This document shows positions 62,964-64,000 of a stretch of 64,000 nt of DNA, one piece after another. Where the stretch lies: contig MU053933.1 in the NCBI GenBank assembly GCA_013239625.1, positions 622,001 through 686,000 on the forward strand. Direction: 5' to 3'. Every line of letters begins with the position of its first letter. Positions within the stretch are counted from its first letter, which is position 1. The position numbers and the translations under genes were made by a program. Source of the stretch: Lama guanicoe (Eukaryota). The notes below the pieces were generated by a model. That model saw only the letters and a list, made by a program, of their open reading frames with translations. It had not been told where the DNA came from and searched no databases.

Positions 62964-64000
62964 GGGAAGGAGAAGGGCCAGCGCGGCCCACCGTCCTGGC
63001 CGGGTCCCTTCAGGGTGGGCATGCAGAAGCCTTCCATGATTTTAAGAATCCATGTCTGGAGGGACAGCTGTGCCTGGACAGGACGAACAGAGAAATACGT
63101 GGGCCTGGGCTTCCCACCTCAGCTTTTCCCCACTCGTGTTACGTTAGACTTTTTCTTGGCAAATTTGTGTGTGAGCAAAGCACCACTGGCCCCCTCACCA
63201 CTGGCCCCTCACCGGGAAGCACGGCGCCGACCCTGGGGCCGGTTCCAGGCGGCTCTGGCGTTGAAAACTCTCTGGTATTCAACCTCCCACTCCAAGGAAT
63301 TGCCGGAGCATTTTTACTTCCTTGTCTAAATTACTTTTTTTTGGCTTTTTTCCTTTCGCAGTGGAGTCCTTTCCGAAGCGAGGTTGTGTAGAGGAGGGCC
63401 AGTGTGACACTGATGACGCAGAGGGGCTTTCCCTCTGGGGGGCCCCTGCGTCTGCGGGCTGGCGCTCCCAGATCCTCCTCGTGCGGCTTCCCTGATGCTG
63501 AACTGACAGGACACCTGAACGCCCCGCGCCCTGGGTCCCTCCCCTGCTCCGGACCTCCCTGCCTGCCTCGCTCACGCTCACGCCTTCCGGAGCAGCGCTG
63601 GTCCGCTTACGGCTTACGATCTGCTCCTCGCCCCTTGCCCTCCCCCCAGCACCTATGACAGTGTCTTATTCAATCAGTATCTGTTGAAGAATGAATGAAC
63701 GAATGAACAAACGAATGAATACAGGAGACGTGTTTTGTCTTCACTGCAAGACTAAGCTCTGAGGGGGTGAGCCTGCCTCTGAGAGATACTAACTTTTCTT
63801 GGGTGACCTGGTGAACAAGTCTTGGCGGCCCCTCTGGGAGGGGAGCTGGCTCAGGACTGGGGCCACCGCGCTCTGCCACGCTCACCCCGAGCCCAGCCGC
63901 CTCGCTCTGGCCACCAGCCCCGAGCGGGGTCTCTGGGAGAAGCCTGCTGCGCAGGGCGCAGGGAGGGGCCGGGACGCGGAGCAGCTCCGTGGAGGCGGGC

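Overview
Mammalian genomic DNA, most likely a camelid (four copies of a tRNA-derived SINE resembling the camelid vic-1 family), syntenic with human 21q22.3. It contains the 3' ten coding exons of ABCG1 (+ strand, 2341-11920) and the complete trefoil-factor cluster on the - strand: TFF3 (80 aa), TFF2 (129 aa) and TFF1 (79 aa). All exon boundaries were read by hand from GT-AG sites and stay in frame. The most interesting unexplained signal lies between ABCG1 and TFF3 (about 16.3-19.6 kb, - strand): six exon-like blocks with phase-compatible splice sites that join into one ~424-codon frame interrupted only by TGA codons. It is most plausibly a decayed (unitary) protein-coding gene of unknown family. 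Other notable points: TFF1 ends directly on its dimerisation cysteine, the position of the human TFF1 oestrogen-response element holds an AP-1 consensus, TFF2 has an N-glycosylation sequon in trefoil 2 instead of trefoil 1, a divergent CTCF pair separates TFF3 from TFF2/TFF1, and TFF1 intron 1 carries a near-identical ~420-bp tandem duplication. Comparisons with human sequences and repeat family names are from memory and need database confirmation.
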